From a virus, in the IMG/VR virus record IMGVR_UViG_3300024259_000012: DNA of 64,000 nt; one strand, 5' to 3'. Under the pieces are notes generated by a model. That model searched no databases and was not told where the DNA came from. It saw only the letters and a list, made by a program, of their open reading frames with translations. Of this stretch, positions 32,720 through 45,626 are shown piece after piece. The number at the start of each line of letters is the position of its first letter. The first letter of the stretch is position 1. The position numbers were made by a program, and so were the translations under genes.

Positions 32720-33037
32720 TAGACCTTATCACCTTCCATCGTTTCATACACTAAATCATACATCTCAGTCATACCCATAAATTCATCTGTCGCTGTATCA
32801 TACCAACCGTTCACCTTTCGGATAAATTCACGACCATTAAATTTCATGAGTTTCATTTGATTTCCTCTACCGCCTTAATCGCATCAATGCTACCATCTAA
32901 ATATGCCATCTCAAGTTCAGATTGAATTGCCAAAAGGTGAACCATATTTAACTCGGCTACCTTTGGCAATCTCAAAATCTTATCCATTGCTACCTTCACC
33001 ACTTCATCTTTGCGTTTGTCTAAGTCCATTTTCTTTC

Positions 33038-33616
33038 CTACTTTAATGAAGGTTTGTTTTGCTTAGTCAGCATTCTAACGGCGTCCAACTTTTCTTTTCC
33101 AACTTGGAAGACCTTTTCATCGAAACCCTTTTTAGTAACGAGCTTCGAAGTGACATCCATAAAGCGGTCGAAGTTGTCTCCGAGTAATTCTTCAAGCTCT
33201 TCCTGCAGTTCATCGCTCTTGAGAACTTCAGGTTTGAGAACGACAGTGAAGGTCTCTTCAACCAACTTGTCATAGTCATCGCCCAGTGTCTCTTGAAGCA
33301 TTTCACCGTCATCAGCATTGACAGAAAACTTATCAACCGTGACAAACTTCACAGACTCTTCTGCACCGACCAGTTCATAGGACTTCTTGAAATCTCCAGC
33401 AAGAGCTTCCTTGTCCTGAACCTCACGGCCATATTCAATCAGTTCAGCACCGGCGACTTCCATCTCAGCCTTGGCTTCGGCCATCTTTTTCTTTTCAGCA
33501 TTGAACGTTTCAATGGTCTTACTGAGTTTCTTACTGACCTTGAGGCGTGGCATACTTGAAGCTTTGGCGGGTGATTTTGTTACGGCGTTCTTGGCCAATC
33601 TGTCTTTGAATCCCAT
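33038..33616 (-). CDS. Early protein, acidic/helical
   Basis: ORF directly downstream of early cassette. Confidence 0.75.
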   Translation of the reverse strand: MGFKDRLAKNAVTKSPAKASSMPRLKVSKKLSKTIETFNAEKKKMAEAKAEMEVAGAELIEYGREVQDKEALAGDFKKSYELVGAEESVKFVTVDKFSVNADDGEMLQETLGDDYDKLVEETFTVVLKPEVLKSDELQEELEELLGDNFDRFMDVTSKLVTKKGFDEKVFQVGKEKLDAVRMLTKQNKPSLK

Positions 33617-33640
33617 TTTAATTTCCTTTACGTTGGTTAA

Positions 33641-33687
33641 CTCTCTCATTACGCTACTAAGTTAGTAGTATACAAGGTCTCTGTCAA
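33641..33687 (-). promoter_or_regulatory. Early promoter/leader cassette copy 5
   Basis: TTGACA-17-TAACTT-agtAGCGTAATGAGAGAG. Confidence 0.85.
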
Positions 33688-34330
33688 GTGTTTATTTTAA
33701 TTTTTTGAGTGATAAGAATAACAATCATAATCTTGGGCATCAGGCACACAGCACTCCCAAGCATCATCTTCGTCTGCGTGAGTATTCCCACATTGGCATT
33801 CCCACATCATGCATTGAAAATCTTCATTCTCTTCGTTCCAAGAATCTTCGTCTTCTATCACTTCATCGTTGTAATCTATACCAACTTGTTGGGGAGCATT
33901 GTCTTCATTACTGAAATACCGTTCACGTTCAAGTTCTTCATTGAATGTCATTTTGAGTATACTCCATATATGTGAGTTAGTTTTCTGCAGTCTCGTTTTC
34001 TGGGGTCGGTGTCAACAATAGTGTTGCCCTTTGAATCCAATAGCAGTACATGCCGGTGGATTCTCACGATGTAAAATTTAGCATCACCCTTTGATTTAAT
34101 AAGCTTGCGGGAACCGCCAACAGTTGCAGTGGCCAAAGTTGACTTGCGACTGCGAACGGTATAATTCATTCGGGCGGCTCGAACCAAATCTTTAAGGTAG
34201 TGAAAATATCTTACATTCTCATCAACCTTAAGAAACTTGGCACATGCCAACACACAAATATTTTTATTGGGATTAACGCTGTTGTTGCTTTGTCGTCTTA
34301 ATTGCGCTCGGTTGGGTCTCATTTGATTTC

Positions 34331-34377
34331 CTCTCTCATTACGCTATTAAGTTAATACTATACAAGGTTCCTGTCAA
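34331..34377 (-). promoter_or_regulatory. Early promoter/leader cassette copy 6
   Basis: TTGACA-17-TAACTT-aatAGCGTAATGAGAGAGG. Confidence 0.85.
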
Positions 34378-35351
34378 TAGTTTATTTGAGAGAATTGAAT
34401 TCCTTTACAAGAGCATCCAATTCTAATTTGGCATTTGATACTTCCAAGGATAACAAACTATGAATCAATTTCTTTCGCTTCCCGAAGTTCGGAGTTTCAC
34501 TATATGATGATAACGTAACTGATTCCTCTATGGCCGCTCCGCCACCATCATATCCAACAAGAGTAATTTCAAGCTCAGCAACATCTATTAACGTGGCATC
34601 AAAATTCTCCAACATATATTCTAACTGTGCTACATGTTCTGATAGACCTTTGATTTGGCTGTTCAGGTCATTTGCTTTATTAAGCGTGTCCATGTCCATT
34701 ATTCTGAATCCTTCTCTTTTACTTTTCCCGCTTTGCTATGATATCCATGATGGTTGGTTTAACCGGAAATACAATTTCAAGTTGCATATTAATATCCTTG
34801 CGCTTTCGCAAATCCGATTTGAAATTCCCGCCACTCTTCTTTGGTTCCATAAATGCAAAATCGGGTGATGGCCTTTTTACGACATTTTTTATTCTTATTG
34901 TCATACCAATCTTTCATCAATGCAAACCCAAGTTTGACATCTCCAGTTCCCTTCAAATCAAAACATTCTAAATCAAATGTCCCCTCATTGTTATTATGGG
35001 AATTGCGGACTTGTCGTAGCGCACCTTCTTCAATTTGATATTGAAACATGCCACCCGTCCATTGTTCAAGCTTAATCTCACGGAGTCCCTTTGGCGCAGT
35101 GTTGAAATCATTCATCGTTGAAATCTCCATTTGGTAATTGATAGCGAGTGACCCCACCAAGCTCAATAGCTTCAATGGCATCCTTGACGGTTGGAAATGC
35201 TTTTCCACTGTAACCCATATTCTTTCCATCTACCATAACAACCCTGCCAGCCATGGCATCGGATTGAGTTATGGGGTGAACATCCAAAGCAGTTATTGGA
35301 ACACTACCAACCACGGAATATGTCCCAAGTGGATTTTTGATAATAGCCGTA

Positions 35352-35642
35352 CTATACATTTGTAAATCCTTCATAGTTACGGATTGGTGAACTGTTGTGG
35401 TGACTGTAACGAATCATGCTGAAAAACTTTTGGAGTGCTTTCTGAAAATCGTCTTCACTCTCGTATTTTGCCAGCAGAAACTTGTATAAGTCACTATCCT
35501 CTTCCAAGTAAACGGTCTTTCCACGTTGATATGAATAGGTTGAAATCTCGGACAGGAGATTAAGTCCAACTAACTCATTACGCTTGACGGCCAACCAACC
35601 ATGTCCATTGTCGGTGTGCATCACATACTGTTTTAATTCCAT
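35352..35642 (-). CDS. Conserved early protein (D.GHGWL.V...YLEED.D family)
   Basis: Motifs TDNGHGWLAV, IS.YSY, VYLEEDSD, S.IRNY. Confidence 0.7.
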   Translation of the reverse strand: MELKQYVMHTDNGHGWLAVKRNELVGLNLLSEISTYSYQRGKTVYLEEDSDLYKFLLAKYESEDDFQKALQKFFSMIRYSHHNSSPIRNYEGFTNV

Positions 35643-35651
35643 TTGAGTTCC

Positions 35652-35696
35652 CTTTCTCATTACGCTATAATATAGTATATACTGAGTTGCACGCAA
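35652..35696 (-). promoter_or_regulatory. Early promoter/leader cassette copy 7
   Basis: TTGCGT-17-TATATT-atAGCGTAATGAGAAAGG. Confidence 0.8.
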
Positions 35697-35817
35697 TAGT
35701 TATTTTAAATTATCTCGCCAAGTTGGCGAGTAAATGGCGAGTAAAAATATTACAAATAGTTCTTGCATACTACCATGTTGCCGAGTATATTGGTTCCAAT
35801 GTATAAGGAAACTATAG

Positions 35818-36075
35818 ATGACTAAATTTGAATTCAATGAAAAAGACCTTCCACCAGAGAATGACTCGGAAAAAGAATGGCAGGATATGCCAGAGTTTGT
35901 CCAAGACAAGACAGAACCGTTCGCAAAAATAATTGTTCGGTTCGACAGTGAAGAGGACTTAAATGAATTTGCCAACTTGATTGGGCAGAAGTTGACACCA
36001 AAAACCCAAAGTATATGGCATCCAGAAAAATCACATTGGGGTAATACGCCATGGAGATGGGACGATGAATCCTAA
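35818..36075 (+). CDS. Small partner protein of TAGT glycosyltransferase
   Basis: WQDMPEFVQ...IVRF...D...F...IGQ..T.KT.SIW.P motif; coupled to next gene. Confidence 0.75.
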   Translation: MTKFEFNEKDLPPENDSEKEWQDMPEFVQDKTEPFAKIIVRFDSEEDLNEFANLIGQKLTPKTQSIWHPEKSHWGNTPWRWDDES

Positions 36076-36940
36076 ATTTCCAGTTTACATTGTGTCAAAA
36101 AATCGTTGGGAAAGTTTATTGACAGCACGAGTATTGGAATATCTCAAGGTGCCGTTTCACATCGTTGTTGAAACGCAAGAGTATTTACAATATGCTAAGG
36201 GCATTTCCCCAGAGAAAATCTTAGTACTGCCTCAAAAATATATTGATGACTATGATACGTTCTGGCCAAAGGAAGATGACAATAGAGTTGGTCCTGGAGC
36301 CGCAAGGAATTTTGTATGGCAACATTCTATTGATAGAGGATTTGATTGGCATTGGGTCATGGATGATAATTTGGATTCGTTCTACCGGCTTAATCGGAAT
36401 ATGAAAGCTCGGGTTGACTCAGGAACAATTTTTAAGTGTATGGAAGATTACGTCCTTCGATACAGCAACGTTGCCATTGCCGGTCCCAACTACGCTGGAT
36501 TTTGTAAGTCCACTGACGCTGTACCGGCTACCGTGTTCAACACCAGAATATATAGTTGCTTGCTTATACGGAATGATATACCATATCGCTGGCGGGGACG
36601 ATACAACGAGGATACGGATTTGAGCTTGCGAGTATTAAAGGATGGTTGGTGTACGGTTCAGTTCAATGCATTTTTGCAGGGGAAGGTTACCACTCAACGA
36701 ATGCGAGGTGGGAATACTAAAGAATTTTATAAGCCAGATGGAACCATTCTGAAATCCAAAATTTTGGAAGACATGCATCCGGATGTATGCTCGGTTGTTT
36801 GGAAATTTAATAGGTGGCACCATCACGTTGACTACAGACCGTTCAGCAATAATATATTGGAACGGGTGGTTGATGTTCCACAGGGAATTAATGAATACGG
36901 GATGACATTACGATATGCGCCCGACGTAGTAATAGTATAA
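36065..36940 (+). CDS. TET-associated (TAGT)/GREB1-like glycosyltransferase, probable DNA base modification
   Basis: PVYIVSK.R, GPGAARNF.W, WVMDDN, RIYSCLLI, WRGRYNEDTDLSL, TQ.M.GGN, RWHH.VDY. Confidence 0.85.
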   Translation: MNPKFPVYIVSKNRWESLLTARVLEYLKVPFHIVVETQEYLQYAKGISPEKILVLPQKYIDDYDTFWPKEDDNRVGPGAARNFVWQHSIDRGFDWHWVMDDNLDSFYRLNRNMKARVDSGTIFKCMEDYVLRYSNVAIAGPNYAGFCKSTDAVPATVFNTRIYSCLLIRNDIPYRWRGRYNEDTDLSLRVLKDGWCTVQFNAFLQGKVTTQRMRGGNTKEFYKPDGTILKSKILEDMHPDVCSVVWKFNRWHHHVDYRPFSNNILERVVDVPQGINEYGMTLRYAPDVVIV

Positions 36941-36950
36941 GGAGCAACAT

Positions 36951-37340
36951 ATGAATAAAGGATTTTCACTTGTAGAGTTAATGATTGTCATTGTGATTAT
37001 CGGAATGCTCGCCGCAGTTTCCATTCCGATTTATAACAATGCGGTGGCGAGGCGAGATGCTATCCTATCGGAGCGTGTTGAAACTGTAGATGGCCATTCA
37101 TATATCAATGGCGTTGAGATTGAAGTATTGCCGCCCGAACTGTCATTGGTTAATATTGAGAGGTTGCCCGTCCCATCACATTGGGTAGCGGAGACAGTAG
37201 ATTTGTCTGTAATCATGCACGATTGTTATTTTGTAATATATAGAGACCCAGGATACGATAACCTTTATATGGTTCAAGTTGTTTTGAAACACGAATCCAT
37301 GGAAATATTATCGGTCTCGACAACTCGGGTGGGGTTATAA
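36951..37340 (+). CDS. Type IV pilin-like protein with class III signal peptide
   Basis: KG^FSLVELMIVIVIIGMLAAVSIP.Y. Confidence 0.85.
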   Translation: MNKGFSLVELMIVIVIIGMLAAVSIPIYNNAVARRDAILSERVETVDGHSYINGVEIEVLPPELSLVNIERLPVPSHWVAETVDLSVIMHDCYFVIYRDPGYDNLYMVQVVLKHESMEILSVSTTRVGL

Positions 37341-38768
37341 TGATAAACCGTGGATGTAAAATATGCGGCGGGGTTCCATACACGCCAACCCAAGCAAAAA
37401 AGAATAAAGCATGGACACGGTGTGCCAGTAACACATGCCCGATAGGTGGAGTATGGATGACCGTTAAACAGTGGGAAGCACCACCTAAAGTTTGGACAAA
37501 CACCGAAGAAGATTTATATGATGTGATTGCAGATATCGTAGCACAGAGTGATGTGGAAACATTCATGTCTCAATCGGGAAATAGAAATTTTAATAGAGAG
37601 GTAAATACTATGGAATGGTTTTGGTATGATTGGTTTTTCTTAGCAGGGGCTGTCACAATGTTGGGAGTCATCGGATTTTTTGTTTGGGGACTGTGGGGAT
37701 ATGGTCACGTCTTGGAAGAAATGGAAAAGAATAGTTGGGATGATTAGATGAATTACACGCTACCAAAGTGTACAACGTGCAGGAAATCATTTGACCCGCA
37801 ATTGCTAACATATGGTATTTGTGACAGTTGCTCTACACCCGTGGAATCCAAAAAATATTACTGCGGGTTAGTAATAATGGATAGGGTCGTTGAAGTGGTT
37901 AATAAAACCGACGAACCTATTGCCACCAAGCTTATCAAATCAGGATGGAACAATTCATTTTTTGAAATAATAGAATATGGTGATATGGATGAGTTCAACT
38001 GTACACTTATTGGTAAGGATGAGATGATGAAGAAGTACTCGGTGTCACCAGAAGATTTTGAAGACCACGATATTCCATGTTGCTGTGGAGCGTGTAACAG
38101 ATAATGCTTGCATATTCTATATTCTGGATTAAGTTATGTTCGCTATAAGATTAATCGCAGGCGCATTTGTGGCAACGGGTATGTGGGCACTATTAACAAC
38201 AGTAGCATATTTCATCCCAATTGATGAGATGCGACCACTGTTAGATATATGTAAATGGATGGCAGTTGTAGGAACTTTTGGATTGATAGCAATTGGTCCA
38301 GTAAATAAAGGAAACTCTTAATATGAATCATGATGACATTCGTAGACAATTGGAAACTACATTAAATAGTATCCAAAAGGACATGAGATATATGCGTGAA
38401 TTGAAGAAAATGTATGATGAAGAATCTACTCGTTTGTCGGAATCGCATCTACAAACATTATTGAAGTCGTGTCAGACCGCATTTCCGGAGTGCAGGTGTA
38501 AGATTATTGACCATGAAATTTTTATTTGTCCAACAGATAGAAAGGTGTGGTTCACTTCAACAAAGGCTACATATGCAGAGCGCATACAATCTGAATTCGG
38601 CCACCCAATCAAATTCACAAGAACCCTTCAATTTAATGACAGTGGTAATTTCCGCAAATTTTATATTGGATTAACCGCAGGGTATCTCAAGAATGTGGTT
38701 AAGATAAAAACCATCGCTCCAATTTTTACCAGATTAAAATCAACCACAAACGTATAAGGAGAATTGTT

Positions 38769-38867
38769 ATGTTGAAATTTTTAGGCCGTTTGACACTTAT
38801 TGAGTATATGATAATCGCAGTGATTATCGGTATAGTGATATCACTTTTTTCTGAAGGAGTATATTAA
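38769..38867 (+). CDS. 32-aa pilin-helix-like membrane peptide
   Basis: MLKFLGRLTLIEYMIIAVIIGIVISLF..., AAGGAG RBS. Confidence 0.45.
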   Translation: MLKFLGRLTLIEYMIIAVIIGIVISLFSEGVY

Positions 38868-40135
38868 AATGATGAGAAAATTAGACAGCAGTGAATGGAT
38901 GATTGTTGCAGTTATTGTAACTGTATTTGTTGTATTGCTCGCAACCAACGGGTGTTCTTGTGGGTAAATTTACATCAGACTTCGATTGGGCTGATATAAT
39001 ATTAGGTATAATATTACTGGTGCCGATGGCACTACTCAGAGGGTTTGTTGTATTTACACTTTGGGGTTGGTTTTTAATACCATTAGGATTGCCCGCAATT
39101 GGAATAGCTCACGCCATGGGAATATCAGGTATGGTTTTAGTTTCTTGACAACATCCAAAATGCCAGACTGGGATGGGGTTGGTGAGATATTCTCGGAGTC
39201 GCTGTCAACGTCATTGGTAGCTTTATTATTTGGTTGGATTTATACCTTATTCATGTAGGAGAAAATAATGTGTCTTAAAAAAGTTAAACAAACGGGTCTT
39301 AATATGTCCGGACATGGATTCAAAGTAATGTCCGAGCGGCCAGATGGAGACCTAAATCCATGGGTGTACCACCCAGAGGATGCTACGGCTCACGGGTATG
39401 CTGGTAAGCGGGTTGAATTTGGTGTTCAGTATACTGCCATTGAAGAGCAAATTCGTGGAGAAGATGCAGAACCATACACAACTGGATTCCATATTTTTAT
39501 GGAAGAGCAAGATGCCATCAATTGGACAAACACATATCACGGTGTTGCTGTCCGAGTTGAATTTTATCACGGTCATACAATTGGTGAAGAGCTACGAGGT
39601 GGCAAACCAATCAAGACAATCATTGCAAGACTCATGACTGTGATTGAACGTGTGGAGAAATAATGAAAAAAGTATATTGTAAAAATTGTAAATGGTTCAA
39701 GCGGGACGAGTGGAACTCCGATAGATGTAAACGAGAAACTGGAGTCTATCTTGAAAACAACATCACCGGAGATTACAAAGAGATAATTACAATAAAAGTA
39801 GCAAGTCGCAACTATCCAAATAAAAATGGAGACTGTGAATTCTATCTCCGCCACTGGTGGAAGGTTTGGGTTAGAAAAAATGAACAGACAATAGAAAGAG
39901 GTATGTAAATGATTGTATTGATATGGTTGCTTGTCGGACTATTAGCAGTAGCTTGGATAGGTAAGATGGCATATAATGAGGACGGTGAAATTAACGTTAC
40001 GGTGGGTGGATTGTTGCTTGGTATTTTAGCAATGATTGGTGGCCCAGTTTCGTTGGTAATCACGGCGGTTGCATACGCATCTCATTATAAAAATAAAGTA
40101 ATATTTACAATAGGAAAAAAAGAGGAAACAGAATA

Positions 40136-40348
40136 ATGGACAAAAATTACAATCCAAGTGCGTTCGCTCGCACAAAAAATGGCAGTGCAGGTGCCCAAAA
40201 AGGTATGACACTTAGGGACTACTTTGCCGGTCAAGCACTGGCAGGTCTATGCGCTAAATATTCAGCCGATGATGATGAGTGGTTCGGCAGGCGGGCATAT
40301 CAAATCGCTGATGAATTGTTGGAAGAGCGAAGTGAAAAAGAGGATTAG
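40136..40348 (+). CDS. Conserved phage protein (GMTLRDYFA family)
   Basis: GMTLRDYFAGQAL...AY.IAD.LL..R. Confidence 0.75.
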   Translation: MDKNYNPSAFARTKNGSAGAQKGMTLRDYFAGQALAGLCAKYSADDDEWFGRRAYQIADELLEERSEKED

Positions 40349-42669
40349 GTGTTGGCTCGGATTCCACGAGTGGTTTGAATGTGGAAAAGATGGGTGCGGA
40401 ATGAGACACTGTAAATATTGTGGTGCCAATAAGCGAGGTATATAATGCTAATCATTACCAAAGATGTTAGAAAAGAATTTGATGATTTCATCAGTGCCCA
40501 ATATAATAAATATAAATTTTTAGAGGGCAAGAAGGTTAGAATATCCTTCTCCGATGGTGATAGAAGAAGAAAGAAAAAACTATCAGTAGTCGGTAAAATC
40601 AAATGGCTCGGAACTACAATTGGAAGTGAATATTCCCCGACTATATGTTTTGATTTTTCGATGAGAGGATACCGACAATCCGACCCAAGAGCAAGGAAAC
40701 AGTTTATTGAAACTCATGGGTATGATTCTAATATATGGATGGACAGTTATTATGGCATGGAAATAGAGGTGGTGTAATGGAAAAGATTATAGGTGACTGG
40801 AGTACCGAAGTTAGAATGACCGGAGATGAGGTAAAGGAAATTTGCAACATAGGTGGAGAAAATTGTTGTGCATTTATAGCTGTAACTGGCAAAGGATTTG
40901 AATGTATCCGAATGTCATATCCAATGAATACTTCAATATTCACACGATTGGAAGAGGGCACCATGAACGCCACGGGTAAAGGTGGATGGAAAGGTTGTGC
41001 TTGGGAAGAAGAATTGAATGAGACCAATTAAATCTACACCCGGGGATTTTGATGAAGATAGAGATTACTATGTGTATAGTCATTTCACCATCGGTCGTGG
41101 TAAGGCTGAATATCATATAATTCATCTTCCCGATAATAGCTGTGGATTGTACTATGCACTAAAAAGCACACCTACGGGATTGTCCTGCAGGCGTGCGATG
41201 GAACCAACAACTGAAATAACCATATGGCACTATGGAAAGGAAAACTAAAATGATACCAGAAAACATGATTGATTTAACAGGCGTAGATAAGATTAAGCTT
41301 ATCCAAAAGGTTTATGAACTGTCCGTACCATTGGGCATGGGGTTTTTACATTTTCGGGACGAGCCATTATCCGAAGAGGATGCCAAGTCCTGCTTGCGTG
41401 AGTATGACACAACTCGCAATCCAGAATACGGTCAAGTAATTATCGGCATGGATTATGTGCACGGTCGTGCATGTAAATTTAATGCGTGGGTTAATAGTGA
41501 AGGTGAACTGTATTGCCACGACCGATGGTTTGACCATACTCCCGAGCAGTTAGAAACGCTGTTGGAAAGTATTAAGTAATGGGAGTAATTAATCACGAGG
41601 CATTAATAGCCACAGCAATGAGCAGAGAGTATGCCCGTGAAATTGAGAACTGGGCAATGGAAATCAACATGGAAACTGCATTCCTATTCGGTGAAGAAGA
41701 GACCAACGGGTATGTAACAATTGTACTTGTTCCCAATGGTAGCAAGAAGGGTTGGCCTGAAGCCGAGGCGGGCGACAACCTGCGAGCAGATTTCAAAAAG
41801 AAACTTGAAAGCTATGCATACGAAGATGGCTCAAATCCCTTCTCATGGGTTGAAGTTGGCTATGGTGAATATGGTCAGAAGCTGTTGGATGGCAATAATA
41901 AAAATATGTATAATGATAAAGAATACGCAGATGACCAATAAACAAATAGCCAAGGCGTTGAAGGATGCAATCAGTGCAAGCAAACAACCGACGTTGCCTC
42001 CTGGAGAATATGAGCTTGATGGCTTTGCACTTCTGAATCGTATTCGGGGTATCATATCCATATTGGAAATTGAAGATGGGCTGGAAGGAGAGAATTAAAA
42101 TGATGAAGACAACATACTGGTCACTCTGCAGAATTAAAAGAGGTAGTGCGAGAACATTTCAAAAAGGTCACCGGAAAAGACGGTCAAGTTTGGATTGAAA
42201 ATGACAAGGTGAGCAAAGGCGAAGCTTGGTCAAAATATTTCTTGTTGGATGATGAAGATGAGTTGTCATAAACGACCTAAAGAAAAGTTTTTATTTTGGA
42301 TGGTACGGATGCCCCACAACTTGGTAGAGTGTGGGATTGGGGTTCTTATTCATGGCACATGTGGCAGTGGAGCAGTAAGTGCAAATATTGTGGGATAACT
42401 AAACGCCACGCCCCAACTGAAGAAGACAGTTTGCCCAAAGAAGTATATAACAAACTTGTTGAGCAGGGAGATATAACGCATGACTAAACAAACAATTGAC
42501 ACAAGTAAGATTACCCGACTGACCGTTGTAATGGACGGGCTTCCGAATGAACCAAACTCAGGTCGGTTAATTGAGAAGTGGGACATATCATTATATCTTG
42601 ATGTTCAGGATGATGGTAAAACTCTCAAAATATTTATGAAGGACATTGGTAAATCAATGCTACTCGGTA

Positions 42670-42852
42670 ATGAATAAGCCTTGCCCGTTTTGTGGCGGCG
42701 AATTACAAGTGTGGGAACGTAGCGGTTCTTGGGAAGTAATGTGTGTTGGTGAAGTTTGGTGTTTCCTGAGTCATACAATAAATGGATGTATGTCCGGAAC
42801 CTTTAGGACAGAGGAAGAAGCTCTCACAGCATGGAATAGGAGAACAAATTAA
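42670..42852 (+). CDS. Lar-family restriction-alleviation-like zinc ribbon
   Basis: KPCPFCGG...V.C...C...EEA..AWNRR. Confidence 0.7.
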   Translation: MNKPCPFCGGELQVWERSGSWEVMCVGEVWCFLSHTINGCMSGTFRTEEEALTAWNRRTN

Positions 42853-43990
42853 TGCAATACCAAATACTTGAAGAATCAACAAGGGGCGAACTTACAAGAA
42901 CGGTCACGTCGTATATTAAGTCTGGTTGGTTTCCACTGGGCGGCGTATCAGTTGCCGCCATTAATAGTATGATGAGCCTACACTTTTTCCAAGCAATTGT
43001 AAAAGATGAAAGTAGTTAGCGGATATCACGTAGGATATCGAGGAAACTTTTATAGCCTACCAACGTATGAGGACGCCAAGGCAAAGTGGGCATCCCTATG
43101 GTTAAAGGATGATTCTTATATTGGGAGATGTCGGATTGGAAGCGGAACATATAATATTATGTATGGCGTTGCAACGGTGGTTGACCATAAATTGGTAGAC
43201 TTTAAAGAACTCGTTCCAAATAATTTAGATTATAAACTGCACCGGATTGAAAGGAACACATAATGATAGATTTAATTTTTAAAATATTAGTTACATCCGT
43301 TTTTGTATTCGCAGTTATTACAATTATGTCCATAAGTTATGTGGGCGAGAAGTGGTATACGTCACCGGTTACATATGCATATCTTACCGGCGCAAGCTTT
43401 GTTGGTATGTGGATGTATGCACTTTGGTTTTTATCATAAGGAGATAAGATGCAAATCAATCCAAAAGAACGAGAGATTAGTAGAAATGTACTTGACCTCA
43501 AAATTGCTATACAAGATGCTATTGACGATTTGTGTAAGGAACATAAATATGAGCTTACATACGCAGAGATATAAGAAATAAAAAATATAAATAATATAAA
43601 AAAAGCCTTGCAATAGGCGATTTTAATGTTATATTGGTAGTACGTTAGAAAAGCAAGATAAACTATGCGTTGATTCAGACCCTGAACAGTAATGTTGGAT
43701 ATGAATTAAAAGACATGTGGAAGGAAAAAGAATAATGATAAATAACTTACATGGTAGAGTAATATGGTCACTCGTGTGGCCAACCTTAAAATTTATATTC
43801 GGCATGGCAATTGTCTTAGGATTTATGTTGTTGTGTTTAGCATTTCCGACTATAATAGGTTGGATAGTATTTGTAATATTCCTTCTCTTGGGTGCCTTGG
43901 AATTGTATATCGTATATGATAAGAAATACAAAGAATTTCAGAAGGCTGATGAAAGGCTTAGGGAATCTATAAACTCAGATTGGAAGGAAT

Positions 43991-44269
43991 TTGAATAATA
44001 TGAATCATTTTATAACCAAATGTAAACAGTGTGAAACAGTTATCAATCAATGTAGATGCCCAAGTGAATCAAAGACTGTAGAGTGGGGAATGTGCGCATC
44101 ATGCAAAGCGGAACCAAAGCCCTGTCCATTCTGTGGACACGAAGTTGCGGTGCGTGAAGAAGATGGTAGAGTGTTGTGTGGGAATTCTGCCGGATATGAA
44201 GCTGGAGGAACATACTGTCCGGCTTCAGGAATATGGGCAACCATAGAAACTTGGAATGCGAGGGTATAA
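43991..44269 (+). CDS. Second Lar-like zinc-ribbon protein
   Basis: PKPCPFCG...C...C...WNAR. Confidence 0.55.
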   Translation: MNNMNHFITKCKQCETVINQCRCPSESKTVEWGMCASCKAEPKPCPFCGHEVAVREEDGRVLCGNSAGYEAGGTYCPASGIWATIETWNARV

Positions 44270-44435
44270 TGAAATCAAAAAAAGAATTTACGTTAGCGAA
44301 CATACAACAAACAACAGCAAATAATAGAGAAGAAGCTATACGAAAAGCAATCAACAAAGTAAAGTTTGATATTGAATATCAATCCAGACGTGGTGCCAAT
44401 ATATTGAATACCGATGAACTGCCGAAAATGACATA

Positions 44436-44549
44436 CCAAATTTTTTAAAATGGCCGGTGCATCTTCACCACAGCCACGACACCGGAATGACTTTGGGTGC
44501 CGTACACGCTTACTGCAATGCAGTACTATGGGAGTATCACGGTGAATAA
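44436..44549 (+). pseudogene. C-terminal fragment of endonuclease VII-like protein
   Basis: Start-less frame PNFLKWPVHLHHSHDTGMTLGAVHAYCNAVLWEYHGE-TAA. Confidence 0.5.
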
Positions 44550-45200
44550 ACAACTACGTGGCATTAAATTGTTGATAGACACGGCACCCGATAGAAATGA
44601 AAAATGACCTGTCCAACTGAAATAACAAGCGACTTATTTGATGAGGTACAAAGCTCTGCAGGTGGTGTTTATTTATTCATCGCTTACAGGGCAGAGATAG
44701 CCATTTTCGTAACCGGCCAGATAGCCATTGAATCCCTTGTTGAAACGATTAATCTAAGTGAAGCTCAAGTGGATGAAATATATAGAATCAAAAAAGAGAT
44801 AAGACAATATGAGTAATACAAAGATGTTTAAAAGTAAAGCATGGTATTTCGTAGGATTAGCAGTCACAGCATTCTTATTGTATCTTGGATATATTTGGAA
44901 TGATACATTCCTCATGGCCATCGGTACATTGAATTTAGCCATGGACATAAAACTTGCTGTGGATTGGATACTAAAATGAAAAATGAATTAAAAAAGATAT
45001 ACAAGACCCTCTCGCCTGAAGCTAAAAAACGAGGAGTTATATTTTCAAGTGCATTAAGCAATGAAGAAGTTGAAACAGAAGACGACACCATTCATGAGGT
45101 ATTAGATTCTTCTCCAGATAAGGATAGACGAATTAATCTCCTGAAACGGGATAGCTTCTTTGACGGTCTATATAAATATAATATAATACGGGAGTAAGAA

Positions 45201-45626
45201 ATGTATATATTTATTTGCAAATGTGGTAATACAAAACAGTATAAATATAAAGCATCGTTTTTAAAAGGAACTGTATGTAATACATGTCGTGCGAAAATGA
45301 ACAATGCAAACTATCAGAAGAAATTCAAGCTTGTTTTAAAAGAAAAGAGACAGAAGAAACGAGAGTCAAATCCAAATTATATACCTCGGGTAGTTCTAAC
45401 TCCCGAACAACGACTTCAATATGTTCGGAAATATAACAAGGAATATTATGCTAAAAATCGAGATGCCATAAATGCTACAAACCGATATAAACTGAGAACA
45501 GATGAGGAGTATAGAAAAAAAGCGTATGCCGCACAACGCAAATCTCGGAAAAAGAAAGCGCAGGACATTATAGATTTGAAACGTGAGGTGTCCCGTTTAA
45601 AAAACTTGTTAGCCAACAAACTTTAA
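45201..45626 (+). CDS. Zn-ribbon/basic helical protein
   Basis: CKCG..K.YK...C..C unit shared with 47213-47983. Confidence 0.65.
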   Translation: MYIFICKCGNTKQYKYKASFLKGTVCNTCRAKMNNANYQKKFKLVLKEKRQKKRESNPNYIPRVVLTPEQRLQYVRKYNKEYYAKNRDAINATNRYKLRTDEEYRKKAYAAQRKSRKKKAQDIIDLKREVSRLKNLLANKL

